Source: Bacteroidia bacterium (lineage in GTDB: Bacteria > Bacteroidota > Bacteroidia > UKL13-3). Taken from it: DNA of 64,000 nucleotides. The notes beneath the pieces were generated by a model. It did no database searches. It worked only from the letters and a program-made list of their open reading frames with translations, and was not told the DNA's origin. A program made the translations under genes and the position numbers. The stretch lies in the NCBI GenBank assembly GCA_049318585.1, contig JBMOGB010000001.1, forward strand, positions 62,851 through 126,850, read 5' to 3'. Below, one piece after another: positions 33,679-42,793 of this stretch. Positions within the stretch are counted from its first letter, which is position 1; each line of letters opens with the position of its first letter.

Positions 33679-35994
33679 ATGTTTAAAATATATAAACTAG
33701 CAGATCTATACGAAAATATATGTTTTAATTTGTTTAAAATAGCTGGGCTAAAAGAAGTTAAAGAAAAATATCCAAATATATCTAAAGAAATTGACGAATT
33801 AAATAATCAAGTAAAACCTAAATATTTGGGTTGGGGGGCTAAACAACTAAATGATGGGTTTGTTCTTCAAGATATAGCAGAAGCTTTAAAAACATTTGAT
33901 AGATTATCACAAAATTTAGAGACTATAGATAGAGATATTAATAAGTATGATTCTTTAGAAACTCTAAAGACTAAATTAGAAACTTTACAGAGCAGGCAAA
34001 GAAGAACAGTAGATACTAAAGGATTAGACGCTGAAGTCTTATATGAAGATGCTAGATATACCATGGTTAGACCAAACACTAAAATGGCAAGTATCAAATT
34101 AGGTTCTGGTACTAAATGGTGTATAACTGAACAAAAAAGAGAACATTTTAATCGATATCAATCAGATAATGTAGTATTTTATATCTTAATTGATAAAACA
34201 TTGAAAAGTTCTAATACAAATTATAAAATTGCTTTTTCAGTTGAAAGAGATTTAGAATGTAATATAATTAAAATTACAGGGTGGGACGCTACTAATAAAG
34301 ATAGAAAACCAGAAGAATATCCAGGATATTCTCTTGTAGAAGATATTATAAAAAAAGATGCAGAAGCATTGCCCCCAAATATGATTGTTTATTTTAATGA
34401 AGAGATGTTAAGCGAGGAAGAAGCTAATTATTTCATATCATTGCAAGATGCTGAATTTTTAGAAAAATTTGAAATCCCACGAAAATATAGGCACCTTGTA
34501 AATCCGGTTGAAAATATTGAGACGGAGACAAAAGAACAAAAATATCAATATCTTAGAAATCCCAATATAAGCATAACAAAAAAAATTATTATGATAAAGG
34601 AAGAAAAGGACCCTAATACTTTATTATATTTAAGCACAAAAAATGATTTGCCTAATGAAATAATTGAACCTATAATTAAAAACAATAATACTCCAATTAA
34701 TGTTTTAGGACTTCTTTATAAAAAATATAAAGATAAAGATAAAGATGCATTTATACAAAATCCTAATTGTCCCTCTAATATTTTATTTGATATTTTAGTC
34801 GAAACACATAAATCAAATGAACGACCTGATCATCTTGTTACTAGTTTATTTTTACGTAGAGATATAACTCCTCAAATGATAGATTTTATGTTAAAACATT
34901 GCAAATTTAGTGATTACTTTAACTGCTATCTAAATATTATAAATAATAGTTATGTGTCTATAAAAGAAAAAATAAAAGTTTTAAATAGTAATAACATAGA
35001 CATGCTTAGGATAGTAAATTATTTATATTATAACGATATGCCTTCTGATGTATTATATATTATATTAAATATAATAAAAGAGAGAGCAATACCAATGGAA
35101 TTACATAAGCTAGAATCTATGATGTGGTGTTGCAATTTAGATTTAAAATGTTTTAAAATTTTATTAGAATTAAATCCAGATATAACTACTTATGTATTTA
35201 AGCTACCTACTATACCTTATGAAATTTTAAATTTTCTTGCTGAAAGTGAAGATGGAGATATGGATATATTATTCGAAATATTAGCTAGTGAAAAATTAGA
35301 TGATAATTTATATTTAAAAATAAAAGATAAAATTAGTGAGTATAGTAAAATAAGGATGGCAAAAAGTAAGCGTAATATATTGCCATTAATTATAAAGCAT
35401 GAAGGTAATGCTACTATAGTTGATGCAGTTGAGATCCTGCTAGATAATGCCCAAGATAGCAAGCTATTTGAAATTTTATCAAATCATAATTCTGCAAAAG
35501 TAAGACTTGCTTTAATCAAAAATTATAATATCCCTTCATTAATTCTTGAAAAATTAACGAAGGATAAAGACCAATACGTTAGAGAAGCAGCTGTTGAAAC
35601 TTATAAATTTTCACCTAGAAAAGATACAGATGATTATTCCTCTGGAAATCAGCATGTTAATACAGAACAGAAACCAGAAGAAGAATCTTCACATGATAAA
35701 TTATTAAAAAGAAAACCAATTTTTGAAACAAGGAAATATTCTGATGAATATATTTCTTTACATGGAACAGAAGACCAAATGATGGAATTATTAGACAAAA
35801 ATCCTCCACAGAAAATATTAGAAAATATGGCTTATAACACAAAAATTCCTTATAATGTTCAATTTGAATTAGCCTTATTAAACAATGATAAAGTTAATAA
35901 AATATTATATGACAATCCTACAGTTGATGAAGATATAAAACGAGATCTCCATGCTTATTTTCATGCAGAATACGAGGAAGAATTAGACGAATAA
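33679..35994 (+). CDS. leader-tagged protein: conserved N-terminal ..TKWCITEQ.. domain + HEAT/LRV-like repeats, copy 1
   Basis: ATG 33679 (the track starts at TTG 33670). MFKIYKLADLYENICFNLFKIAGLKE leader. GSGTKWCITEQ..VVFYILID..KIAFSVERD. Repeats such as NHNSAKVRLALIKNYNIPSLILEKLTKDKDQYVREAAVETY. Confidence 0.65.
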   Translation: MFKIYKLADLYENICFNLFKIAGLKEVKEKYPNISKEIDELNNQVKPKYLGWGAKQLNDGFVLQDIAEALKTFDRLSQNLETIDRDINKYDSLETLKTKLETLQSRQRRTVDTKGLDAEVLYEDARYTMVRPNTKMASIKLGSGTKWCITEQKREHFNRYQSDNVVFYILIDKTLKSSNTNYKIAFSVERDLECNIIKITGWDATNKDRKPEEYPGYSLVEDIIKKDAEALPPNMIVYFNEEMLSEEEANYFISLQDAEFLEKFEIPRKYRHLVNPVENIETETKEQKYQYLRNPNISITKKIIMIKEEKDPNTLLYLSTKNDLPNEIIEPIIKNNNTPINVLGLLYKKYKDKDKDAFIQNPNCPSNILFDILVETHKSNERPDHLVTSLFLRRDITPQMIDFMLKHCKFSDYFNCYLNIINNSYVSIKEKIKVLNSNNIDMLRIVNYLYYNDMPSDVLYIILNIIKERAIPMELHKLESMMWCCNLDLKCFKILLELNPDITTYVFKLPTIPYEILNFLAESEDGDMDILFEILASEKLDDNLYLKIKDKISEYSKIRMAKSKRNILPLIIKHEGNATIVDAVEILLDNAQDSKLFEILSNHNSAKVRLALIKNYNIPSLILEKLTKDKDQYVREAAVETYKFSPRKDTDDYSSGNQHVNTEQKPEEESSHDKLLKRKPIFETRKYSDEYISLHGTEDQMMELLDKNPPQKILENMAYNTKIPYNVQFELALLNNDKVNKILYDNPTVDEDIKRDLHAYFHAEYEEELDE
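33970..34470 (+). repeat. 501-nt block 100% identical to 36312..36812
   Basis: Checked line by line. The first mismatches lie at 33969/36311 and 34471/36813. Confidence 0.9.
35782..35965 (+). repeat. 184-nt block 100% identical to 38112..38295
   Basis: atggaattattagacaaaaatcctccacag...ccatgcttattttcatg is identical in both tandem copies. Confidence 0.9.
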
Positions 35995-36020
35995 AGCTGC
36001 ATTAGAAAAGAGATAATAAT

Positions 36021-38324
36021 ATGCATAAAATATATAAACTAGCAGCTCTATACGAAAATATATGTTTTAATTTGTTTAAAATAGCTGGATTAAAAGAAGT
36101 TAAAGAAAAATACCCAAATATATCTAAAGAAATTGAGAAATTAAATAATCAAGTAAAACCTAAATATTTAGATTGGGGAGCTACACAACTAAATGATGGA
36201 TTTGTTCTTCAAGATATAATCGAAGCTTTAAAAACATTTGATAGATTATCACGAAATTTAGAGACTGCAGATAGAGATATTAATAAGTATGATTCTTTAG
36301 AAACTCTAAATACTAAATTAGAAACTTTACAGAGCAGGCAAAGAAGAACAGTAGATACTAAAGGATTAGACGCTGAAGTCTTATATGAAGATGCTAGATA
36401 TACCATGGTTAGACCAAACACTAAAATGGCAAGTATCAAATTAGGTTCTGGTACTAAATGGTGTATAACTGAACAAAAAAGAGAACATTTTAATCGATAT
36501 CAATCAGATAATGTAGTATTTTATATCTTAATTGATAAAACATTGAAAAGTTCTAATACAAATTATAAAATTGCTTTTTCAGTTGAAAGAGATTTAGAAT
36601 GTAATATAATTAAAATTACAGGGTGGGACGCTACTAATAAAGATAGAAAACCAGAAGAATATCCAGGATATTCTCTTGTAGAAGATATTATAAAAAAAGA
36701 TGCAGAAGCATTGCCCCCAAATATGATTGTTTATTTTAATGAAGAGATGTTAAGCGAGGAAGAAGCTAATTATTTCATATCATTGCAAGATGCTGAATTT
36801 TTAGAAAAATTTAAAATCCCGCCAAAATATATGCGCCTTGCAAATCCGGTTGAAGATATTGAGATAGAGACAAAAGAACAAAAATATCAATATCTTAGAA
36901 ACCCAAATATAAGCATAACAAAAAAAAATCATATGATAGATAAAGAAAGGGACCCTAATACTTTATTATATTTAAGCACAAAAAATGATTTACATCTTGA
37001 AATAATTAAATCTATAATTACAAACATTAATACTCCAACTAATGCTTTAGTCCTTCTTTATAAAAAATATAAAGATAAAGATACATTTATACAAAATCCT
37101 AATTGCCCATCTAATATTTTATATAATTTTTTAATCGAAGCATATAAAACAAATAAAATAGGACTAAAGTATTTTACTCCTATAAGTTTCCAAAGAAATA
37201 TAACTCCTCAAATAATAGATTTTATTATAAAAAATTGCAACTTTATTGATTACGAGGATTTCTATGTTAATATTATAAATAATAGTTATGTGCCTATAAA
37301 AGAAAAAATAAAAGTTTTAAATAGTAATAACATAGACAAGTGTAGGATAGTAAATAGTTTAAATTATAGACGTATATCTTCTGATTTATTATATATTATA
37401 TTAAATATAATAAAAGAACAAGCAATACCAATGAGCTCATTTGCACTAATAGACATGAAAAACTGTAAAGATTTAGATTTAAAATGTTTTAAAATTTTAT
37501 TAGAATTAAAGCCAGATATAACTCCTTATGTACTTAAGCTATATACTCTATCTTATGAAATTTTAAATTTTCTTGCTGAAAGTAAAGATGAAGATATATT
37601 ATGCCAAATATTAGTTAATCAAAATTTAGACGATAATTTATATTTAAAAATAAAAGATAAAATTAACGTATCTAATAAAATAAATTCAGCAAAAAGTAAT
37701 CATAAAATATTGACATTAATTATAAAGCATGAAGATAATGATACTATAGCTAAAGCAGTTGATCTTCTGATAGATAATGACCAAGATAGAGAGATATTTG
37801 AAATTTTATCAAATCATAATTCTGCAAAAGTAAGACTTGTTTTAAGCAAAAATCATAATACTCCAAAATTAATTCTTAAAAAATTAATAAAAGATAAAGA
37901 CCAACAAGTTAGAGAATCAGCTACTAAAACTTATGAATTTTTAACTAGAAAAGACACAGGAGAAAAGGAACCAGAAAATCATCATGTTAATACAGAACAG
38001 GAACCAGAAGAAGAGTCTTCACACGATAAATTATTAAAAAGAAAACCAATTTTTGAAACAATGGGATATTCTGATGGATACATTTCTTTACATGGGACCG
38101 AAGAACAAATAATGGAATTATTAGACAAAAATCCTCCACAGAAAATATTAGAAAATATGGCTTATAACACAAAAATTCCTTATAATGTTCAATTTGAATT
38201 AGCCTTATTAAACAATGATAAAGTTAATAAAATATTATATGACAATCCTACAGTTGATGAAGATATAAAACGAGATCTCCATGCTTATTTTCATGAAGAA
38301 TATGAGGAAGAATTAGATGAATAA
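36021..38324 (+). CDS. leader-tagged TKWCITEQ-domain + HEAT/LRV-like repeat protein, copy 2
   Basis: Tandem paralogue of 33679..35994. The ends are identical or near-identical, and the central ~1.3 kb is diverged with indels. Confidence 0.65.
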   Translation: MHKIYKLAALYENICFNLFKIAGLKEVKEKYPNISKEIEKLNNQVKPKYLDWGATQLNDGFVLQDIIEALKTFDRLSRNLETADRDINKYDSLETLNTKLETLQSRQRRTVDTKGLDAEVLYEDARYTMVRPNTKMASIKLGSGTKWCITEQKREHFNRYQSDNVVFYILIDKTLKSSNTNYKIAFSVERDLECNIIKITGWDATNKDRKPEEYPGYSLVEDIIKKDAEALPPNMIVYFNEEMLSEEEANYFISLQDAEFLEKFKIPPKYMRLANPVEDIEIETKEQKYQYLRNPNISITKKNHMIDKERDPNTLLYLSTKNDLHLEIIKSIITNINTPTNALVLLYKKYKDKDTFIQNPNCPSNILYNFLIEAYKTNKIGLKYFTPISFQRNITPQIIDFIIKNCNFIDYEDFYVNIINNSYVPIKEKIKVLNSNNIDKCRIVNSLNYRRISSDLLYIILNIIKEQAIPMSSFALIDMKNCKDLDLKCFKILLELKPDITPYVLKLYTLSYEILNFLAESKDEDILCQILVNQNLDDNLYLKIKDKINVSNKINSAKSNHKILTLIIKHEDNDTIAKAVDLLIDNDQDREIFEILSNHNSAKVRLVLSKNHNTPKLILKKLIKDKDQQVRESATKTYEFLTRKDTGEKEPENHHVNTEQEPEEESSHDKLLKRKPIFETMGYSDGYISLHGTEEQIMELLDKNPPQKILENMAYNTKIPYNVQFELALLNNDKVNKILYDNPTVDEDIKRDLHAYFHEEYEEELDE

Positions 38325-38769
38325 AGAATTAATAGGATATCATTGCTGGTTAACAAATAAAACTAATCGTAAAATAGTAGTTGGAGATTTGCGCGTTACA
38401 TTACAGCCATATGCTATATTAGATATTCTAGATTATAAACATTCAGTTTTAACAGTTAACCAAGTTGAAAATTCAATAAATGTTGGGTCTATTTCTAAAA
38501 TAATAAAATTAAATAAAATATTAATTAGAAAATCTGAGCCTAAAGAAAAAGCAACAAATACAACAATAGAAGTGTCTAAAACATCTATACAAACTAGAAA
38601 TAGAACTAGCATTAAGTCACAAGAAAAAGTATTTAAAGAATTAGAATTAAATTTAGATGAAGATGATATTGCAGATAAAAATGCTGATATGACTGAAGAT
38701 GAACACAAACCTAAAATTAATATGAGACAACTTTACAATAATTCGGAATATAAGATAGAAGAAGATTAA
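38317..38769 (+). CDS. hypothetical protein
   Basis: 150-aa ORF overlapping the upstream stop (ATGAATAA). Its ATG is created by GAT where copy 1 has GAC. Confidence 0.5.
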   Translation: MNKELIGYHCWLTNKTNRKIVVGDLRVTLQPYAILDILDYKHSVLTVNQVENSINVGSISKIIKLNKILIRKSEPKEKATNTTIEVSKTSIQTRNRTSIKSQEKVFKELELNLDEDDIADKNADMTEDEHKPKINMRQLYNNSEYKIEED

Positions 38770-38783
38770 TAAAAAGAGGTATT

Positions 38784-38948
38784 ATGGACCAAGCTCTTCC
38801 TAAGATAAATACAGACTCAGATTACAATATAATTTATGACCCCGATGATGTTAATCTATATAAATTATATGAAAAATATCAACAGTTATCAAAGAAAGTA
38901 GAAGAAAGATTAGAAAAAATAAAAACAAAAAAACGAGATAGCAGATAA
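38784..38948 (+). CDS. small 54-aa ORF not in the supplied track
   Basis: aaaaagaggtatt precedes ATG 38784. MDQALPKINTDSDYNIIYDPDDVNLYKLYEKYQQLSKKVEERLEKIKTKKRDSR, TAA at 38946-38948. It fills the gap between neighbouring genes. Confidence 0.45.
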   Translation: MDQALPKINTDSDYNIIYDPDDVNLYKLYEKYQQLSKKVEERLEKIKTKKRDSR

Positions 38949-38953
38949 ATACT

Positions 38954-39310
38954 ATGGCATCATTATTACCTAATCAATTGCAACAAATTTTGGATATTAA
39001 CTCCAAGTCAGTTGAGATATATCTAGAGGTTAATAATCAATATGAAGATATAATAAAACTTTTAGAAGATATAAAAGAAAAAGAAAATTATAATATTTTG
39101 CATATTGAAAGAATAAATGAAAAAATTAAAATAATTGAAGAAAAGGTAAAAGAACAACATACTGCTCTCTTAGATAAAAGTCAAGAAACTATAACTTTAA
39201 TAACTGCCATTGATAAGTCTATGCATAAACAAAATTGGATTTTATCAAGCTCATTAGTAGCATTAGCATTAGCAATCGTAGCAAAAATGTTTGGTGTTAG
39301 TATGCCATAA
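38954..39310 (+). CDS. coiled-coil protein with C-terminal transmembrane anchor
   Basis: 118 aa with a heptad-like charged N-terminus. C-terminal WILSSSLVALALAIVAKMFGV. Confidence 0.5.
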   Translation: MASLLPNQLQQILDINSKSVEIYLEVNNQYEDIIKLLEDIKEKENYNILHIERINEKIKIIEEKVKEQHTALLDKSQETITLITAIDKSMHKQNWILSSSLVALALAIVAKMFGVSMP

Positions 39311-39324
39311 TAAGGAAGTAAGAT

Positions 39325-39663
39325 ATGCCTTGTGGTCCAATATTATATTATGATCAAGGACAATTAGCAACAATAGTCCTTCATACAAATAAAAATTCAG
39401 AAAATCCAATAATTCAAAAAATAATTGCTCCAAATATGAATGCGTTGCAAGGGTTCCCAGCCCCTATGCATAAATTGGACAAAGATGATAATGAAATATT
39501 TGTGGCAAGATTTAAATTGCCAACTGGGTCTTCTAATTGTGGTACCTATCTTTGTTTTATAAAATGGGAAGAAATTTCAGGGGATAATAAAATCGAATGT
39601 AAAGATGTATATACAGTAATAGTTAGACAACAAAGCTCAAGCATTTCAGTTTCTGGTATTTAA
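39325..39663 (+). CDS. hypothetical protein
   Basis: 112-aa ORF with SD-like aaggaagt upstream. Its stop overlaps the convergent fcl stop (TTAA). Confidence 0.5.
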   Translation: MPCGPILYYDQGQLATIVLHTNKNSENPIIQKIIAPNMNALQGFPAPMHKLDKDDNEIFVARFKLPTGSSNCGTYLCFIKWEEISGDNKIECKDVYTVIVRQQSSSISVSGI

Positions 39664-40592
39664 AATTTTGTTTTGTACCAGTCATATGTTTTCTTTATCC
39701 CATCAAGTAATTTAATTTTAGGTTGCCATCCAAGTTCATTTATCTTGGAACTGTTTAATAATTTCTTTGGCATTCCATTCATTGTATTATCCCAAATTAT
39801 ATCGCCATTATATTCAACAATTGCTCTTATTATATTTGCCAATTCTTTTATAGTTATATCATATCCATACCCAACATTTATCAAATTATCGTCCAAACTT
39901 GCATTATAATTATTTAATAAAAATATGGCAGCTTCCGCCATATCATCAATATATAAGAATTCTCTCATAGCATTCCCATCACCCCATAACTTTACATATT
40001 TATCATTATTTACTTTTGCATCATGAAACTTTCTGATAAGAGCCGGTAATACATGAGAATTATTCAAGTCATAATTATCAAAAGGTCCATACATATTCGT
40101 AGGCATTGCACATATATAGTTTGTATTATATTGCTTATTATATGATTTACACATTTCTATGCCAGCTATCTTTGCCATCGAATAAGCTGAATTCGTTGGC
40201 TCCAATTTGCCACTCATTAAATATTCCTCTCTTATAGGTTGCTCACTATCTCTAGGGTATATACAAGAACTACCCAAAAATAATAACTTCTTTACCCCAT
40301 ATTCATAACTATACTTGATAATATTATATTCAATAGCAAGATTGTCCATAATAAAATCAACCGGATATGAATTGTTTGCCTTTATACCACCAACCTTAGC
40401 CGCCGATAATATAACATACTCAGGTTTGTTATGTTTAAAAAATTTTCTTACTTCCTTCTCTTTCGTTAAATCTAATTTTTTTCTTGTTGCTGTAATTATA
40501 TTCCCATAATTTTTCTCATTTAAATATCTTAAAATACTACTCCCAACTAATCCAGTATGCCCAGCTATATAAATTTTACTATTTTCATCCAT
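39660..40592 (-). CDS. fcl: GDP-L-fucose synthase (GDP-4-keto-6-deoxy-D-mannose 3,5-epimerase/4-reductase)
   Basis: KIYIAGHTGLVGSSILRYL (Rossmann G.TG..G), ILSAAKVGGIKANNSYPVDFIMDNL, NSAYSMAKIAG (YxxxK). 310 aa. Confidence 0.85.
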   Translation of the reverse strand: MDENSKIYIAGHTGLVGSSILRYLNEKNYGNIITATRKKLDLTKEKEVRKFFKHNKPEYVILSAAKVGGIKANNSYPVDFIMDNLAIEYNIIKYSYEYGVKKLLFLGSSCIYPRDSEQPIREEYLMSGKLEPTNSAYSMAKIAGIEMCKSYNKQYNTNYICAMPTNMYGPFDNYDLNNSHVLPALIRKFHDAKVNNDKYVKLWGDGNAMREFLYIDDMAEAAIFLLNNYNASLDDNLINVGYGYDITIKELANIIRAIVEYNGDIIWDNTMNGMPKKLLNSSKINELGWQPKIKLLDGIKKTYDWYKTKF

Positions 40593-40640
40593 AATATGTC
40601 TATATATCTCGTAATCTTAACACATTAAAATAGGAGATAT

Positions 40641-41546
40641 ATGGTTATAAAAAATAGAGGAGAAACAATCGGACAAGGACAAGTAGTTCAACTTCGATCT
40701 TTATTCAAAGTAAATGGCGTCCCAACTGATCTAAATGATTTTCCAAGCGTTCAACTTATCGAACCAAGCACATCGCTTTATATGAACTATACTACAGCTG
40801 GTGTGTATAAAATTGATACTGGTATCTACGGTTTCAATTTTGAGGTTCCTGTTAATGCTCAACAAGGTACATGGCAAGATAATTGGCAAGGTGCCATGGG
40901 GCTTTCTAATGAATTAGTGTCGGCTTCTTTCTCTTTTACTGTCCTAAATATAACAATCCCAAGCGCCCTTATTGAGGATGGATATGAACAATTAGGAGAT
41001 GAACCTGTCGTTGTCCTAACCCAAGCGGCTATCCATAATATAAATCAATTAGTTCATATATTGCGCAGAAGATTGCAAAGCTCAGGCTGGCATCTCTCTA
41101 CAGATTCATTCGGCAATCAAACTAGAGAAAATTGCGATATCTTTAGTATAGATGAATTGTTTTCTTTTCTCTGTTCCTCTCTATCAGAATTTAATAGTAC
41201 CCCTCATTTTACTGGTTTTAGCTGGGAAAACGAAGTGGTTATAGAGTTTAAAGATATTATTATTGAAGGCGCTTATATTATGTCAGTATCTAGCAAAGGT
41301 CTTATCGAAAAAGGTAGAGAATTTACTGTTACTGACAATGGACTCTCATTCCAACCACCAGCAGTTGCCGATTTTCTTAATTCTCAAATGAGCAGTATGT
41401 TAAGCCCTTATAGAGAGAAATTAAAATATATTAAGGCGAACTTCAAACCGTCACCTCTGGGCTTGGGGACGATTCGCATAGCTGCAGTCTCACCGCAAAT
41501 AATGAGACTCCGCCACAGACGCCAAATGCAATTTCCAATTCAATAA
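40641..41546 (+). CDS. GC-richer putative virion structural protein
   Basis: SD taggagat lies upstream. 301 aa with beta-rich composition. Its G+C resembles the capsid genes. No specific family recognised. Confidence 0.45.
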   Translation: MVIKNRGETIGQGQVVQLRSLFKVNGVPTDLNDFPSVQLIEPSTSLYMNYTTAGVYKIDTGIYGFNFEVPVNAQQGTWQDNWQGAMGLSNELVSASFSFTVLNITIPSALIEDGYEQLGDEPVVVLTQAAIHNINQLVHILRRRLQSSGWHLSTDSFGNQTRENCDIFSIDELFSFLCSSLSEFNSTPHFTGFSWENEVVIEFKDIIIEGAYIMSVSSKGLIEKGREFTVTDNGLSFQPPAVADFLNSQMSSMLSPYREKLKYIKANFKPSPLGLGTIRIAAVSPQIMRLRHRRQMQFPIQ

Positions 41547-41617
41547 TATTTATATTTTGTTATTTATACAATATATAATTATGCGCAACGTTATAGCATA
41601 ATCAAATAGGTAATATT

Positions 41618-42790
41618 ATGGCAAAATATAAAATAGAATATTTACAAGAAGTGGCAAAAAAAAGAGGTGGAAGTTGTTTATCAACAAAATATATTAATAA
41701 TAAACAAAAAATATTATGGGAATGTTATTTCGGGCATAAATGGGAAACATCATTTGATCTTATTAACAATAGAGGTTCTTGGTGCCCATATTGTTCTGCT
41801 GGATTATATGAAAGAATATGTAGAATTTATTTTGAGCAAATATTTGGATATCAATTTAAAAAAATAAAACCTTTTTGGTTAGTAAATTCTCGAAATAATA
41901 TAATGGAACTTGATGGATATTGTGAAGAATTAAAACTTGCCTTTGAACATAATGGGCAGCAACATTATAATGAAATTAATATATTTAAAACAAATCTTGA
42001 AATTCGGAAAGAAGATGATAATATTAAAATTAAATTATGTAAAGAATATAGCATTACTTTAATTATAATACCAGAATTATATAGATATACGAAATTACAT
42101 GAATTAAAAGATTTTATAAAAAAAGAATTAATTGATAATAATTTTATGATTCCAGGAAATTATGATGATGTAAAAATTGATTTATCAAAAGCTTATGTAA
42201 AAGAAGATTTAAAAAGATTAGAAACAATGCACAAATATGCTATAAGCAAAAATGGTATGCTTTTGTCTGATGAATATTATGGCTGGCATACTCATCATAA
42301 ATGGGAATGTAATAGTTGTAATTATATTTGGAGTATGTCACCACATGGTTTAATTAATGGCAAACGTTGGTGCCCTAAATGTTCTAAAAAAGCAAAATCA
42401 ACTATAGAAGAAATGCATGAAATAGCAAAAAATCGTAATGGAAAATGCTTATCACAAAAATATATTAATCATCATACAAAATTAGAATGGGAATGTAATA
42501 AATGTAATTATATATGGACAGCAGTACCATTTTCAATTAAGAATAACAATACTTGGTGCCCAAAATGCGCAAAACAAATTAAACCGACAATAACAGAAAT
42601 TGAAAATTTAGCTAATGAAAAAAATGGTAAATGTTTAAATCCACAAGAATATAAAAATGCACATAGTAAATTAACTTGGGAATGTAATTCTTGTAGCAAA
42701 ATATGGAAATCTTCTTATTCTAATATAAAGAGAGGTAGATGGTGCCCTAACATATTACATAGAAAGCGCAACAAGCTAAAAAGATTATAA
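41618..42790 (+). CDS. Zn-ribbon / Vsr-DUF559-like endonuclease family, order 1 ZnR - nuclease - 3 ZnR
   Basis: RGGSCLSTKYINNKQKILWECYFGHKWE...WCPYCS, then IMELDGYCEELKLAFEHNGQQHY, then three C..C...WCPKC units. The last unit lacks its second CxxC. Confidence 0.8.
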   Translation: MAKYKIEYLQEVAKKRGGSCLSTKYINNKQKILWECYFGHKWETSFDLINNRGSWCPYCSAGLYERICRIYFEQIFGYQFKKIKPFWLVNSRNNIMELDGYCEELKLAFEHNGQQHYNEINIFKTNLEIRKEDDNIKIKLCKEYSITLIIIPELYRYTKLHELKDFIKKELIDNNFMIPGNYDDVKIDLSKAYVKEDLKRLETMHKYAISKNGMLLSDEYYGWHTHHKWECNSCNYIWSMSPHGLINGKRWCPKCSKKAKSTIEEMHEIAKNRNGKCLSQKYINHHTKLEWECNKCNYIWTAVPFSIKNNNTWCPKCAKQIKPTITEIENLANEKNGKCLNPQEYKNAHSKLTWECNSCSKIWKSSYSNIKRGRWCPNILHRKRNKLKRL

Positions 42791-42793
42791 CAA

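Noticed and set aside
34471-35781. Diversity-generating retroelement as the cause of the variable centre of the HEAT-family genes.
   Set aside because: The window contains no reverse transcriptase and no template/variable repeat pair with adenine-specific mismatches. The differences include indels and all substitution types.
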